The position numbers were made by a program, and so were the translations under genes. This document shows positions 36,939 to 46,126 of a DNA stretch of 64,000 bases, piece by piece. This stretch comes from Chloroflexi bacterium UBA4730 (GTDB lineage: Bacteria; Chloroflexota; Limnocylindria; P2-11E): the NCBI GenBank assembly GCA_002404155.1, contig DHJC01000015.1:100887-164886 (forward strand), read 5' to 3'. Each line of letters opens with the position of its first letter. Positions within the stretch are counted from its first letter, which is position 1. The notes beneath the pieces are model-generated. The model made no database searches and was not told where the DNA came from. It was given only the letters and a program-made list of their open reading frames with translations.

Positions 36939-39900
36939 GCCGCGAGTCCCTCGAGAACGCGCGTGAGCGCGTCGCGCCAGTCGCCGCGGAGGTCGACGAT
37001 CGAGGCCCGTACCTGGCGCTGACCGTGCTGGGCCTTCGGGAAGACCGAGAGCAGCACGCGGCGCTGCGCGTCGCCGAGATCGCGGCCCATGACGATGCGG
37101 AGCTCGGCACCGCGCACCCGTACCTCGGTCGCGCCGGCCTTCGCCGCGCGGAGCTTCACCTCGACACCGTAGAGGAGGTTCCGCGTCGCCTCCGGCGGCG
37201 GGCCGTAACGGTCCTTCAGCTCTTCGCGGAGGGCGACGAGCTCGTCGAGCTCGCGCAGCTCGGCGATGCGCCGGTACATCTCGAGCTTGCGCGCGCGCGC
37301 CGGGATGTACTGATCGGGGATAGCCGTCGAGAGCGCGAGGTCGACCACGACATCCGACGGGGCCGGCGCCCCTGTCCGGAGGCCCCGTTGCTCGTTCACC
37401 GCTTCTTCGAGGAGCTGGGCGTACAGCTCGAAGCCCACCGCGGTGACGTGCCCGTGCTGCTCGGCGCCGAGGATGTTGCCGGCGCCGCGGATCTCAAGGT
37501 CGTGCATCGCGATCTTGAAGCCGGCGCCGAGCTCGCTCGCCTCGAACACCGCCTGGAGCCGCGCGCGGGCCTGCTCGGTCAGGGTCGCCTCCTTGTTGTA
37601 GAGGAGGTATGCGTACGCCTTCTCGGCACTGCGGCCGACGCGGCCGCGGAGCTGGTAGAGCTGCGCGAGACCGAGCGTGCCGGCACGGTCGATGACAATC
37701 GTGTTCACGTTCGGGATGTCGAGGCCGGATTCGATGATCGTGGTGCAGACGAGGACATCGTGGTCCTGGTCGGCGAAGTCGACCATGACGCGCTCGAGCT
37801 TCCGTTCGTCCATCTGACCGTGGCCGACGATGAACTTCGCCTGGGGGACGAGCTGGCGGAGCCGCTCGGTTTCCTGCTCGATGCCGATGACCCGGTTGTG
37901 CACGTAGTAGACCTGCCCGCCACGATCGATCTCGCGCACGATCGCCTCGCGGATGACATCGTCGCTCCGCTCGATGACGTGGGTCTCGATCGGCTGCCGG
38001 TCCTCAGGCGGTGTCTCGATGACGCTGATGTCGCGCACGCCGGAGAGCGCCATGTGCAGCGTGCGCGGGATCGGCGTCGCGGTCATCGACAGCACGTCGA
38101 CCTCGGTGCGCATCGACTTGAGCCGTTCCTTGTGCCGGACCCCGAAGCGGTGCTCCTCGTCGATCACGACGAGGCCGAGGTCACGGAAGCTCACGTCCTT
38201 CTGCAGGATCCGGTGCGTGCCGACGACGATGTCCACGTCGCCGCCCGTGATGCGCTCGACGGTCTCCTTCTGCTCCGCCGGCAGCCGGAAGCGGGAGAGC
38301 ATCTCGATCTTCACCGGGAACGTGGAAAGCCGCTCGCTGAACGTCTCGTAGTGCTGCTGCGCGAGCACGGTCGTCGGCACGAGCACGGCCACCTGCTTCC
38401 CGTCCATGACCGCCTTGAACGCCGCGCGCAGCGCGACCTCCGTCTTGCCGTACCCGACATCGCCGACGACGAGCCGGTCCATCGGTCGCCCGCGCTCCAT
38501 GTCCTTCTTCGTCTCTTCGATCGCGAGCAGCTGATCCGGCGTCTCGGTGAACTGGAACGCGTTCTCCATCTCGATCTGCCACGGCGTGTCCTTCCCGAAC
38601 GCGTGTCCGGCGGTCGCCTCCCGCGCGGCGTAGAGCCGGAGGAGCTCGCGCGCGATCTCGGCCGCGGCCCGCTTCGCCTTGCCCTTCGTCTTCAGCCAGT
38701 CGCGCCCGCCCATGACCGAGAGGGCTGGGGCCTGGCCGCCGACGTAGCGCGTGATCTTGTCGATGCGGTCGGTGGGCAGCCAGCGCGTGCCGTCGGCGAA
38801 GGTCAGGATCAGGTACTCGCGCTCGACGCCGATGACCTGCTTCGTCTCGAAGCCCTCGAACCGCGCGATGCCCGAGTCCTCGTGGACCACGTGATCGCCC
38901 GGCTTCAGGTCCTGGAGGAACGAGCCGACGGCGACACGGCGGCGGCGGCGCTCGGGGTGGCGCGGCTTGCGGAAGCCGAAGACCTCGGCATCGGTGAAGA
39001 CGCGCAGATCGAGCTCGGGGATCGCGAAGCCCTCCGCGAGCGGAACGTGGAGCAGGACGAGCGCACCCGGTGCGGGTGCGTCCGCAAGCGTCTCCAGCGG
39101 CGTCGCGGTGACGTCGCGCTCGGCCAGCAGCTCGGAGAGCCGCGCGGCCTGGGGCGTCGCGATGACGCGCGTTCCCGTCCCTGCGACGGCGATCTCGCGC
39201 AGGAACTGATCGAGCCGGCCGGCGTAGCTCGACGAGCCGGGCCAGCGGAGCCGCAGCGCGTTGTCGGCCGGCGCGACGCGGATCGCTCCGTGCCCGCCCG
39301 ACTCACGCTCGAGCTGGGTCCGCGGCACGTACGGCGCCGGGAATGCGATGACCGGCAGGCCATCGGCGCGCAGCTCCTCGCGCCGCTCGTCGGCCATCGC
39401 CTCGTACGCATCCCACGCGAGCGCGAGCTCGACCGAATCCTCGAACACGACCGTCGCGCGGTCCGGTGGCAGATGCGCGACGAGCGAGGCCGTGGCACCA
39501 AGCAGCGGCGCGAACGCGTCGACGCCGGGCGCGTACTGGCCCTGGCGCAAGCCTTCGAGCAGCTGCGTGTAGTCGGTGAAGTCCGCTCCCAGCCCGTCCC
39601 ACCCGGCGCCCGCGATGCGCTCCGCGATCTCGGGACCGCGCTCGAGAGAGATCTCGCGGGCCGGAAGGACCACGAGCTCGCCGAGGCTTGCCTGCGAGCG
39701 CTGCGTCACTGGATCGAAGGAGCGGATGGATTCGATGTCGTCGCCGAACAGCTCGATGCGCGCGGGCTCGGTGGCCGACGCGGGATAGACATCGATGATC
39801 CCGCCGCGCCGCGAGAACGTGCCCGGCTCGCTGACCTCGGGGACCGGCTCGTAGCCAAGCGAGAGCAGCCACGCCGCGGTCTTCTGCCATGGCAGCGTCG

Positions 39901-40372
39901 TTCCCGGAAACAGCGCGCGGCCGCGCTCGGCGAGCGTCTCGGCCGGCACGGTCCACTGCATCGCGGCGCGGAGCGACGCGACGACCGCGATCGGCTCGCC
40001 CTCGCGCAGCCGCCACAGCGCGAGCAGGCGCTGGTGGACGGAGCTTGCGGACGGGGAGCCGGCCTCGTACGGCATCGACTCGCGCTCGGGGAACGGGAGC
40101 ACGCGATCCTCGCCGAGCCAGCCGGCCAGCTCGGCGCGCCAGCGCCGGGCGCGGTCCTCGCTCGGCGCGACGACGAGCACGGTGCGGCCCTGGGTCGCGA
40201 CGAGCGCCGCCCACGCGTACGCGCGCGCGCCGGCGGACGCGTCCGCGACGGCGACCGTCCCACCAGACCCGATGCGATCGGCGAGCGCGCGGAATGCCGG
40301 ACTCTCTTCGGCACGCGCGAGCAGACCGGCGAGGCGCGCGGCGGGCGGGGCGGCGGGGACGGCGTCAGCCAT
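36935..40372 (-). CDS. mfd: transcription-repair coupling factor
   Basis: 1145 aa with helicase motifs GDVGYGKTEVA and DEEHRFGV, plus a TRCF C-terminal domain. Confidence 0.95.
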   Translation of the reverse strand: MADAVPAAPPAARLAGLLARAEESPAFRALADRIGSGGTVAVADASAGARAYAWAALVATQGRTVLVVAPSEDRARRWRAELAGWLGEDRVLPFPERESMPYEAGSPSASSVHQRLLALWRLREGEPIAVVASLRAAMQWTVPAETLAERGRALFPGTTLPWQKTAAWLLSLGYEPVPEVSEPGTFSRRGGIIDVYPASATEPARIELFGDDIESIRSFDPVTQRSQASLGELVVLPAREISLERGPEIAERIAGAGWDGLGADFTDYTQLLEGLRQGQYAPGVDAFAPLLGATASLVAHLPPDRATVVFEDSVELALAWDAYEAMADERREELRADGLPVIAFPAPYVPRTQLERESGGHGAIRVAPADNALRLRWPGSSSYAGRLDQFLREIAVAGTGTRVIATPQAARLSELLAERDVTATPLETLADAPAPGALVLLHVPLAEGFAIPELDLRVFTDAEVFGFRKPRHPERRRRRVAVGSFLQDLKPGDHVVHEDSGIARFEGFETKQVIGVEREYLILTFADGTRWLPTDRIDKITRYVGGQAPALSVMGGRDWLKTKGKAKRAAAEIARELLRLYAAREATAGHAFGKDTPWQIEMENAFQFTETPDQLLAIEETKKDMERGRPMDRLVVGDVGYGKTEVALRAAFKAVMDGKQVAVLVPTTVLAQQHYETFSERLSTFPVKIEMLSRFRLPAEQKETVERITGGDVDIVVGTHRILQKDVSFRDLGLVVIDEEHRFGVRHKERLKSMRTEVDVLSMTATPIPRTLHMALSGVRDISVIETPPEDRQPIETHVIERSDDVIREAIVREIDRGGQVYYVHNRVIGIEQETERLRQLVPQAKFIVGHGQMDERKLERVMVDFADQDHDVLVCTTIIESGLDIPNVNTIVIDRAGTLGLAQLYQLRGRVGRSAEKAYAYLLYNKEATLTEQARARLQAVFEASELGAGFKIAMHDLEIRGAGNILGAEQHGHVTAVGFELYAQLLEEAVNEQRGLRTGAPAPSDVVVDLALSTAIPDQYIPARARKLEMYRRIAELRELDELVALREELKDRYGPPPEATRNLLYGVEVKLRAAKAGATEVRVRGAELRIVMGRDLGDAQRRVLLSVFPKAQHGQRQVRASIVDLRGDWRDALTRVLEGLAA

Positions 40373-40961
40373 TGAACTGATTCATCGCCTGCTGCAGGTC
40401 ACGCAGGGCGACCGCCGCCGCTTCCGCCGCGCGATCCATCGTCTGGTCGGCGAGCGCCTTCTCGTCCTGATCGAATGGCGAGAGCACGTACGCGGCAAGA
40501 TCGGGCACCTCGCGCAGCTGGGTGGGCGCGACCCCGACGCGGATGCGCGGGAAGCCTTCGCCGACCGCCTTGACGATCGAGCGCATCCCGTTGTGCGTCC
40601 CCGACCCGCCCGACTGGCGGATGCGGATCGTCCCGAGGGGGAGGTCGACCTCGTCGAACACGACGAGCATGTCCGCGGGGTCGAGGCGGTAGCGGTCGAG
40701 GAGCTTCTTCACCGCACGGCCGCTGTCATTCATGAACGTCTGCGGCCGCGCGATCGCGATCTTGATGCCGCCGAGGCTGCCCTCGGCGATGCGGGAGTCG
40801 GCGGCCTTGATCCCGAACTCGGCGCGGGCGCGCTTGCCCAACCGGTTCGCGACCGCGAAGCCGACGTTGTGGCGCGTATTCGCGTATCCGTCGCCCGGAT
40901 TGCCCAGGCCGACGACGAGCCGGTCCACGCGCGGGGCGCTTCCGCCAAAGAACTTGCGCAC
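40365..40961 (-). CDS. pth: peptidyl-tRNA hydrolase
   Basis: LVVGLGNPGDGYANTRHNVGF motif. Alternative start GTG 40928 (VDRLVVGLGNPG). Confidence 0.9.
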   Translation of the reverse strand: MRKFFGGSAPRVDRLVVGLGNPGDGYANTRHNVGFAVANRLGKRARAEFGIKAADSRIAEGSLGGIKIAIARPQTFMNDSGRAVKKLLDRYRLDPADMLVVFDEVDLPLGTIRIRQSGGSGTHNGMRSIVKAVGEGFPRIRVGVAPTQLREVPDLAAYVLSPFDQDEKALADQTMDRAAEAAAVALRDLQQAMNQFNG

Positions 40962-41064
40962 GTTCCCCCTAGACGCCGAAATAGGGCCGCAGGCCGAAAC
41001 GGCCCGGGTCCTTGCGCGATCGCGTCTTCTCTTGATACGCAGGATAGCGTCACCTGACCGTTAG

Positions 41065-41094
41065 TTGACACTTACGTAAGCATTGGCTTATCAA
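41065..41094 (+). promoter_or_regulatory. candidate sigma-70-type promoter of the SRPBCC-ArsR-SRPBCC cluster
   Basis: TTGACA (41065-41070), 18-nt spacer, TATCAA (41089-41094), in an unusually AT-rich stretch. GGGAGG lies 7 nt before ATG 41118. Confidence 0.35.
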
Positions 41095-41117
41095 TGACGC
41101 GTCAGGGAGGTGCGTCG

Positions 41118-41552
41118 ATGCTGAGCGACATGGTCCACGAGGTGGAGATCGCGGCGGACCCGGCGACGATCTACGCGGCGATCACGACCCAACGGGGCGA
41201 GGCGGGCTTTTGGGTGTCGGACAACATGATCCAGCCGAAGGTCGGGAGCGAGGCCCAATTCCGATTCAAAGGCGCCCCGGTCCCGCTCCGGATGCGGGTC
41301 GATGCGCTCGACGCGAACAAGCGGGTGAAGTGGACCTGCCTTGGGGAGTTCCCGGGCTGGAAGGACACGACCGTCACCTGGACGCTGCTGCCCGGGACCG
41401 AGGCAGGTAAGACGAAGGTCGAGTTCCGGATGGGGAACCTCGCGGAGTACCCCGAGAAAGAGGTCGGCACCGTGAATTACACCTGGGGCCAGGTCGTCCG
41501 CCGGCTGAAGGCGTACGCGGAGACGGGCACGCCGCAGCCCCTCTTCCCCTAG
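41118..41552 (+). CDS. SRPBCC-family protein (Aha1/BPI-like domain)
   Basis: Start at ATG 41118 with GGGAGGTG upstream. The track start 41094 would sit on the -10 element. Typical ...EVEIAADPATIYAAIT...WTC pattern. Confidence 0.75.
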   Translation: MLSDMVHEVEIAADPATIYAAITTQRGEAGFWVSDNMIQPKVGSEAQFRFKGAPVPLRMRVDALDANKRVKWTCLGEFPGWKDTTVTWTLLPGTEAGKTKVEFRMGNLAEYPEKEVGTVNYTWGQVVRRLKAYAETGTPQPLFP

Positions 41553-41576
41553 AAGGAACGGTCGACGGACACTGCG

Positions 41577-41879
41577 CTGCGAGCGATCGCCGAGCCCCAC
41601 CGGCGCGAGATCATCCGGCTCGTGTGGAGCACCGAGTTGCCGGCGGGCGAGATCGCCGACCGTTTCCGCGAGGTCTCGCGGCCAGCGATCTCGCAGCACC
41701 TCCGCGTGCTGCGCGACGCGGGGCTCCTCAGCGAGCGCCGTGACGGGACGCGGCGCCTGTATCGCGCGCGGCGGGACCGTATCCAGCAGCTGCGCGCGTA
41801 CCTCGACGGGTTCTGGTCTGATCGCCTGGGCGCGCTGAAGACCGCCGCCGAGCGTGAGGCCCGGCGAAAGCGCTCGTGA
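41577..41879 (+). CDS. ArsR/SmtB-family HTH transcriptional regulator (non-canonical start)
   Basis: LRAIAEPHRREIIRLVWSTELPAGEIADRFREVSRPAISQHLRVLRDAGLL...RRLY is a complete winged HTH. The first canonical start (GTG 41622) would delete the first helices, and the ORF is bounded upstream by TAG 41550-41552. CTG 41577 or ACG 41565 are the candidates. Confidence 0.75.
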   Translation: MRAIAEPHRREIIRLVWSTELPAGEIADRFREVSRPAISQHLRVLRDAGLLSERRDGTRRLYRARRDRIQQLRAYLDGFWSDRLGALKTAAEREARRKRS

Positions 41880-42304
41880 CCGAGGCGCCACTTCGCCACG
41901 AGGTCCGGATCGAGGCGCCGATCGAGATCGTGCACCGCTTCTTCACCGATCCCGCGCAGTTGACCGAATGGTGGCCGTCGCGCGCCACGATCGATCCGCG
42001 CCCGCGCGGCCGGCTCCGGCTCGAGTTCGACAAGCCGGATGACGGTACCGATGTCGCGCTCGGCGAGTTCGTCGAGGTCTCAGACCGACGGATCGTCTTC
42101 ACGTGGGGCTTCCAGGGAGACTCGGACCTGCCGCCCGGTGCAAGCCGGGTCGAGGTGACGCTCGAGCCCGTGGGTGCGACGACGGTCGTGCGACTCGAGC
42201 ACCACGGCCTGCCAGCGGCGCGACGGACGCAGCACGAGCAGGGCTGGACGTTCGTCCTCGCGCGACTGCGCGAGGTCGCCCCGCCCAAGGCGCGACCGGG
42301 CTAA
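41876..42304 (+). CDS. SRPBCC-family protein (Aha1-like)
   Basis: GTG overlaps the ArsR stop (GTGA). Contains IEAPIEIVHRFFTDPAQLTEWW. Confidence 0.8.
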   Translation: MTEAPLRHEVRIEAPIEIVHRFFTDPAQLTEWWPSRATIDPRPRGRLRLEFDKPDDGTDVALGEFVEVSDRRIVFTWGFQGDSDLPPGASRVEVTLEPVGATTVVRLEHHGLPAARRTQHEQGWTFVLARLREVAPPKARPG

Positions 42305-42315
42305 CGTTTCCAGCG

Positions 42316-43419
42316 ATGCGGTTCCCCGAGTTCTCGATGGAGCGGATGCAATCGACCTGGGAGCACCGGGTGAAGTACGACCTGTCGGAATCCGGGCTCG
42401 AGGCGCTCACCCTCGAGGACGCCGTGCGGGACCTCGACGCGTTGCGGACCGAGCGGCTCGGGTACGCGAATGGGATGGGCCGCGATCAGACCCGCGCGCT
42501 CGTCGCCGCGTTCCACCCCGAGGCGACGCGCGACAACGTCCTCATCACGACCGGCACGAGCGAGGCCAACTTCCTCGCGCTCGCGACGCTCGTCGAGCCG
42601 GGCGACGAGGTCGTCATCGTCATGCCGAGCTACATGCAGCTCCATGGCATCGCGCGAGGTCTCGGCGCGAAGGTCAAGGAAGTGTGGTTACGGGAGGAGT
42701 GGGGCTGGCGCATCGACCTGGACGCGCTTCGCGCCGCGGTCACCCCGCGCACGAAGGTCGTCTGCATCTGTAACCCGAACAACCCGACCGGCCAGCTGCT
42801 CACCGCCGCCGAGGTGCTCGACGTCGCGACGATCGTCGAAGGCCAGGGTGGCTGGCTCCTCGCCGACGAGGTCTACCGCGGCGCCGAACGGGTCGCGCCG
42901 GAGACCGCGACGTTCTACGGCCACCACGACCGGATCATCGTGACCGGCGGGCTCTCCAAGGCGTACGGCCTTCCGGGCCTGCGGATCGGCTGGATCGTCG
43001 CGCCACCCGAGCGCATCGCCGCGACCTGGGCGATGAAGGATTACACGACGATCGCGCCCGCCACGCTCTCCGAGCTCCTCGCGGAGATCGCGCTCGCGCG
43101 CCGGGAGCAGCTGTTGAAGCGCGCGCGCTACCTCCTGAACGAGCGCTGGCCGATCCTCGAGTCGTGGGCCGCCGCACACGCGCAAGAGCTGCATTGGGTG
43201 GCACCGGCGGCCGGCGCGATCTGCTTCTTCGGGTACAGCTTCCCGATCGAGTCCGCTGAATTCGTGGACCGCCTCATCAAGGAGTGGGGCACGATGGTCG
43301 TTCCAGGCGCCCATTTCAACGCCGAGCGGCATCTACGGATCGGGTTCGGGATGCCGACCCGCACCCTGCGCGGCGGCCTCGAGGCGATCGATCGGGCCCT
43401 GGTGGCGCTCGCCGACTAG
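42316..43419 (+). CDS. PLP-dependent aminotransferase, class I/II
   Basis: ATG 42316. Contains NPNNPTG and the PLP-lysine context GLSKAYGLPGLRIGW. Confidence 0.85.
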   Translation: MRFPEFSMERMQSTWEHRVKYDLSESGLEALTLEDAVRDLDALRTERLGYANGMGRDQTRALVAAFHPEATRDNVLITTGTSEANFLALATLVEPGDEVVIVMPSYMQLHGIARGLGAKVKEVWLREEWGWRIDLDALRAAVTPRTKVVCICNPNNPTGQLLTAAEVLDVATIVEGQGGWLLADEVYRGAERVAPETATFYGHHDRIIVTGGLSKAYGLPGLRIGWIVAPPERIAATWAMKDYTTIAPATLSELLAEIALARREQLLKRARYLLNERWPILESWAAAHAQELHWVAPAAGAICFFGYSFPIESAEFVDRLIKEWGTMVVPGAHFNAERHLRIGFGMPTRTLRGGLEAIDRALVALAD

Positions 43420-43471
43420 CGCGGCCCATTCCTTGCATCGTCGGAGGGCAAGCTAGCGCACGGAGAACGCC

Positions 43472-43621
43472 ATGAGCCTTGTCCTCATTCTTGCCCTCAT
43501 CGCACTCGTCTGCGGGATCCTGATGCTCGTCGCGGGCCGCTGGTCGAAATGGCCACTTGCGGCGATCGCGATCATCTGTCTCGCGCTCAACCAAAGCGGG
43601 CTGCTCGACCGCCTCAAGTGA
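43472..43621 (+). CDS. possible small membrane protein (49 aa; below ORF-track cutoff)
   Basis: Own translation MSLVLILALIALVCGILMLVAGRWSKWPLAAIAIICLALNQSGLLDRLK. GGAGAA upstream and a hairpin immediately downstream. Confidence 0.4.
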   Translation: MSLVLILALIALVCGILMLVAGRWSKWPLAAIAIICLALNQSGLLDRLK

Positions 43622-43625
43622 CGCC

Positions 43626-43651
43626 GCGGCCGCATAGCGGCCGCCGTTATT
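43626..43651 (+). terminator. candidate intrinsic terminator
   Basis: GCGGCCGC-ATA-GCGGCCGC 8-bp GC stem followed by CGTTATT, a weak T tract. Confidence 0.35.
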
Positions 43652-43678
43652 GCGAAGCAGCAGGCCGCAGGACCGCAA

Positions 43679-44524
43679 GTGCGAGTCCTACACTCCGCCC
43701 AACTGATGGCCCATCGGTCGGTCCATCTGCTCGAAGCGGGGATCGTCACCGAGCAGCGCTTCGCCGGCGTGGCCGAGGCACCGGCCGCCCTGGGACCGGC
43801 AGTCGCGAAGCAGCTGCAGCCCGAGAAGCGCATCCGCGTCCCCTTTTATCCGCGTGATCGCTGGCTCACCGCCGCGCGCGAGGCCTGCATCCTCCTCTCG
43901 GACGCCGTCTGCACGTCGCTGACCGCCGGCGCGCGCGTCGGGATCCTCGGTGGCGAATGCACCCTCGTCGCCGGCTCGGTGTCCGGCGCGCTCCGGGTCG
44001 AGCCCGAGATGCTCCTCGTGTACTTCGACGCCCACGGCGATTTCAACACCCTCGCGACGACGCCGTCGCACTTCGTCGGGGGCATGTGCCTCGCCCACGT
44101 CTGCGGCAAGCAGGTCGCGCCGCTCCTCTGGCCCGGGGTGAAGAAGATCGCGGAGGACCACGTGTACCTCGTGGGCGCGCGCCAGCTCGACCCCGGCGAG
44201 GTCAGCAACCTGACGCATTCCAAGGTCCATCGCATCGCCTTCGGCCGCGAGGAGGTCGACGCGCCGTCGCTGCTCAACGCCGTGCGCCGAAAGCCGGTGT
44301 GGCTGCATGTCGCTCTCGACGTCATCGATCCGCGCGAGCTCGCCGCCGTCGCCCTCCCCGTCGCGGGCGGGCCGTCGCTCAAGTCGCTGAGCGAGCTCCT
44401 CGGATCCGTCGCGCAGGTCGCCGATGTGCGCGGCATCGAGATCTGTGGCTTCGACACACGCAAAGACCCCGGGGCGCAGCTCCCCGGGGTCCTCGCAGAG
44501 GCCTTTGCTGGCGTGTTCAGCTAG
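43679..44524 (+). CDS. arginase/agmatinase/formiminoglutamase (ureohydrolase) family protein
   Basis: Metal-ligand motifs YFDAHGDFN, HVALDVIDP and CGFD. Alternative start ATG 43706. Confidence 0.8.
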   Translation: MRVLHSAQLMAHRSVHLLEAGIVTEQRFAGVAEAPAALGPAVAKQLQPEKRIRVPFYPRDRWLTAAREACILLSDAVCTSLTAGARVGILGGECTLVAGSVSGALRVEPEMLLVYFDAHGDFNTLATTPSHFVGGMCLAHVCGKQVAPLLWPGVKKIAEDHVYLVGARQLDPGEVSNLTHSKVHRIAFGREEVDAPSLLNAVRRKPVWLHVALDVIDPRELAAVALPVAGGPSLKSLSELLGSVAQVADVRGIEICGFDTRKDPGAQLPGVLAEAFAGVFS

Positions 44525-44527
44525 GCG

Positions 44528-44692
44528 CTATTCGCCACCGATCGTGTAGCGGAGCTTGATCTCGGCCAGCCACTCCTCGAGGGCCCGCGTCAGGCGGTCG
44601 GCCGGCTTGTCGGACCCGCGGCGGGTGCGCGGTGGCTCCGGGAGGGGCCGCGGGACGCCGTGGGTCCCGGGCTGGGTCGCGTGCAGTGCCAT
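44528..44692 (-). CDS. hypothetical small protein (54 aa)
   Basis: ATG 44692 is preceded by GGGAGG with a 6-nt spacer. Sequence MALHATQPG...LTRALEEWLAEIKLRYTIGGE. Confidence 0.4.
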   Translation of the reverse strand: MALHATQPGTHGVPRPLPEPPRTRRGSDKPADRLTRALEEWLAEIKLRYTIGGE

Positions 44693-44783
44693 GTCAACCT
44701 CCCGCGGTCGCTGGATCAAAGCATGCGCACAGGGCCTGCCGAGCACGGTACCCGGCGGGTCGTGCTTCGGTAGCGGTTCGGTT

Positions 44784-44894
44784 CTAAGCGGCCTTGTCGA
44801 GCTCGATCGGCTGGTCGGCGGCGGGCGCCCGGAGCGGCAGGACGACCCAGGCGACCACGAGCAGGGCGAAGGCGCCGAGTGCGAACAGGTCCAT
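44784..44894 (-). CDS. possible 36-aa single-TM peptide immediately downstream of amt
   Basis: ATG 44894 is preceded by GGAGGAAG and lies 11 nt after the amt stop. Sequence MDLFALGAFALLVVAWVVLPLRAPAADQPIELDKAA. Confidence 0.4.
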   Translation of the reverse strand: MDLFALGAFALLVVAWVVLPLRAPAADQPIELDKAA

Positions 44895-44905
44895 GACTTC
44901 CTCCT

Positions 44906-46126
44906 TCAGTCCAGCTGGTACGCGATCTCGCCGTGCTGTGAGGCATCGAGCCCGAGCGACTCCTCGTGCTCGCGGACACGCATCCCGACGGTGACGTCGA
45001 TGACCTTCACGATCACGGCGGTCGCGATCGCGGCGTAGAGCCAGGTCGCACCGACCGCGATGAGCTGCGTGACGAGCTGCTGCGGGTTGCCGAAGAAGAG
45101 GCCGTTCGCGCCGGCCGTGTTGATCGCGACGGTGGCGAAGAGGCCCGTCGCGATGGCGCCCCAGGTGCCGCCAATGCCGTGCACGGCCCACACGTCGAGC
45201 GCGTCGTCGATCTTGAGGCGCGGCCGCAGCTGGATCGCGAGGTAGCAGAAGACGCCCGCGCCGAGGCCGATGATGATCGAGCCCGAGACGTCCACGAAGC
45301 CTGACGCCGGCGTGATCGCGACGAGCCCGGCGACCGCGCCCGCCGCCATCCCGAGCACGCTCGGGCGGCCGCGGTGGATCCACGAGACCGTGAGCCAGGT
45401 GAGGCCGGCCATCGCGGCGGCCGTGTTCGTGACGACGAACGCACTCGTCGCGAGGCCGCCGGCGGTGAGCGCGCTGCCGGCGTTGAAGCCAAACCAGCCG
45501 AACCAGAGGAGCGACGCGCCGAGGATCGTCATCGTCGCGTCGTGCGGCTCGCTCGTCTTCAACCGGCGACCGATGAGGATCGCCGCGACGAGCGCCGACA
45601 CGCCGCTCGAGATGTGCACAACGGTGCCGCCGGCGAAGTCCAGCGTCCCGAGGGCGTGCAGCCAGCCGCCGGTGCCCCAGACCCAGTGCGCGATCGGGTC
45701 GTAGACGAGCGTCGACCAGACGAGCGCGAAGATCACATACGCCTTGAAGCTCACCCGCTCAGCGAACGCGCCGGTGATCAGCGCGGGCGTGATGACCGCG
45801 AACATCATCTGGAACGCCATGAACGCCTGGTGCGGGACCGTCGCGGCGTAGTCGGCGTTCGGCGTGAAGCCGACGCCCTTCAGCGCGACCCAGCCGAGCC
45901 CGCCGATGAGGCCCGCGCCGGTGTCCGGTGAGAAGGACAGGGAGTAGCCCCACAGCACCCACTGCACCGAGATGAGGCAGAGGATGAAGAACGAGTGCGT
46001 GAGCGTGGAGAGCACGTTCTTCTTCCCGACGAGCCCGCCATAGAAGAATCCGAGTGCCGGGGTCATGAGCATCACGAGCGCCGCGCAGACCAGCAGCCAG
46101 GCCGTGTCACCGGAGTTGCTGTCCAT
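44906..46126 (-). CDS. amt: ammonium transporter
   Basis: 406 aa with DTAWLLVCAALVMLMTPALGFFYGG and the typical Amt/MEP signature DFAGGTVVHISSG. Confidence 0.95.
   Translation of the reverse strand: MDSNSGDTAWLLVCAALVMLMTPALGFFYGGLVGKKNVLSTLTHSFFILCLISVQWVLWGYSLSFSPDTGAGLIGGLGWVALKGVGFTPNADYAATVPHQAFMAFQMMFAVITPALITGAFAERVSFKAYVIFALVWSTLVYDPIAHWVWGTGGWLHALGTLDFAGGTVVHISSGVSALVAAILIGRRLKTSEPHDATMTILGASLLWFGWFGFNAGSALTAGGLATSAFVVTNTAAAMAGLTWLTVSWIHRGRPSVLGMAAGAVAGLVAITPASGFVDVSGSIIIGLGAGVFCYLAIQLRPRLKIDDALDVWAVHGIGGTWGAIATGLFATVAINTAGANGLFFGNPQQLVTQLIAVGATWLYAAIATAVIVKVIDVTVGMRVREHEESLGLDASQHGEIAYQLD

Noticed and set aside
37025-40375. 1116-aa plus-strand ORF covering the whole mfd locus
   Set aside because: It is antisense to an unmistakable Mfd protein, and its translation is dominated by R/E/D/L/A/G with no motifs. 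It is a shadow ORF.
41094-41117. ATG 41094 as start of the first SRPBCC gene (as in the ORF track)
   Set aside because: It coincides with the putative -10 hexamer and has no ribosome-binding site. ATG 41118 has GGGAGGTG at the correct spacing and gives a typical family N-terminus.
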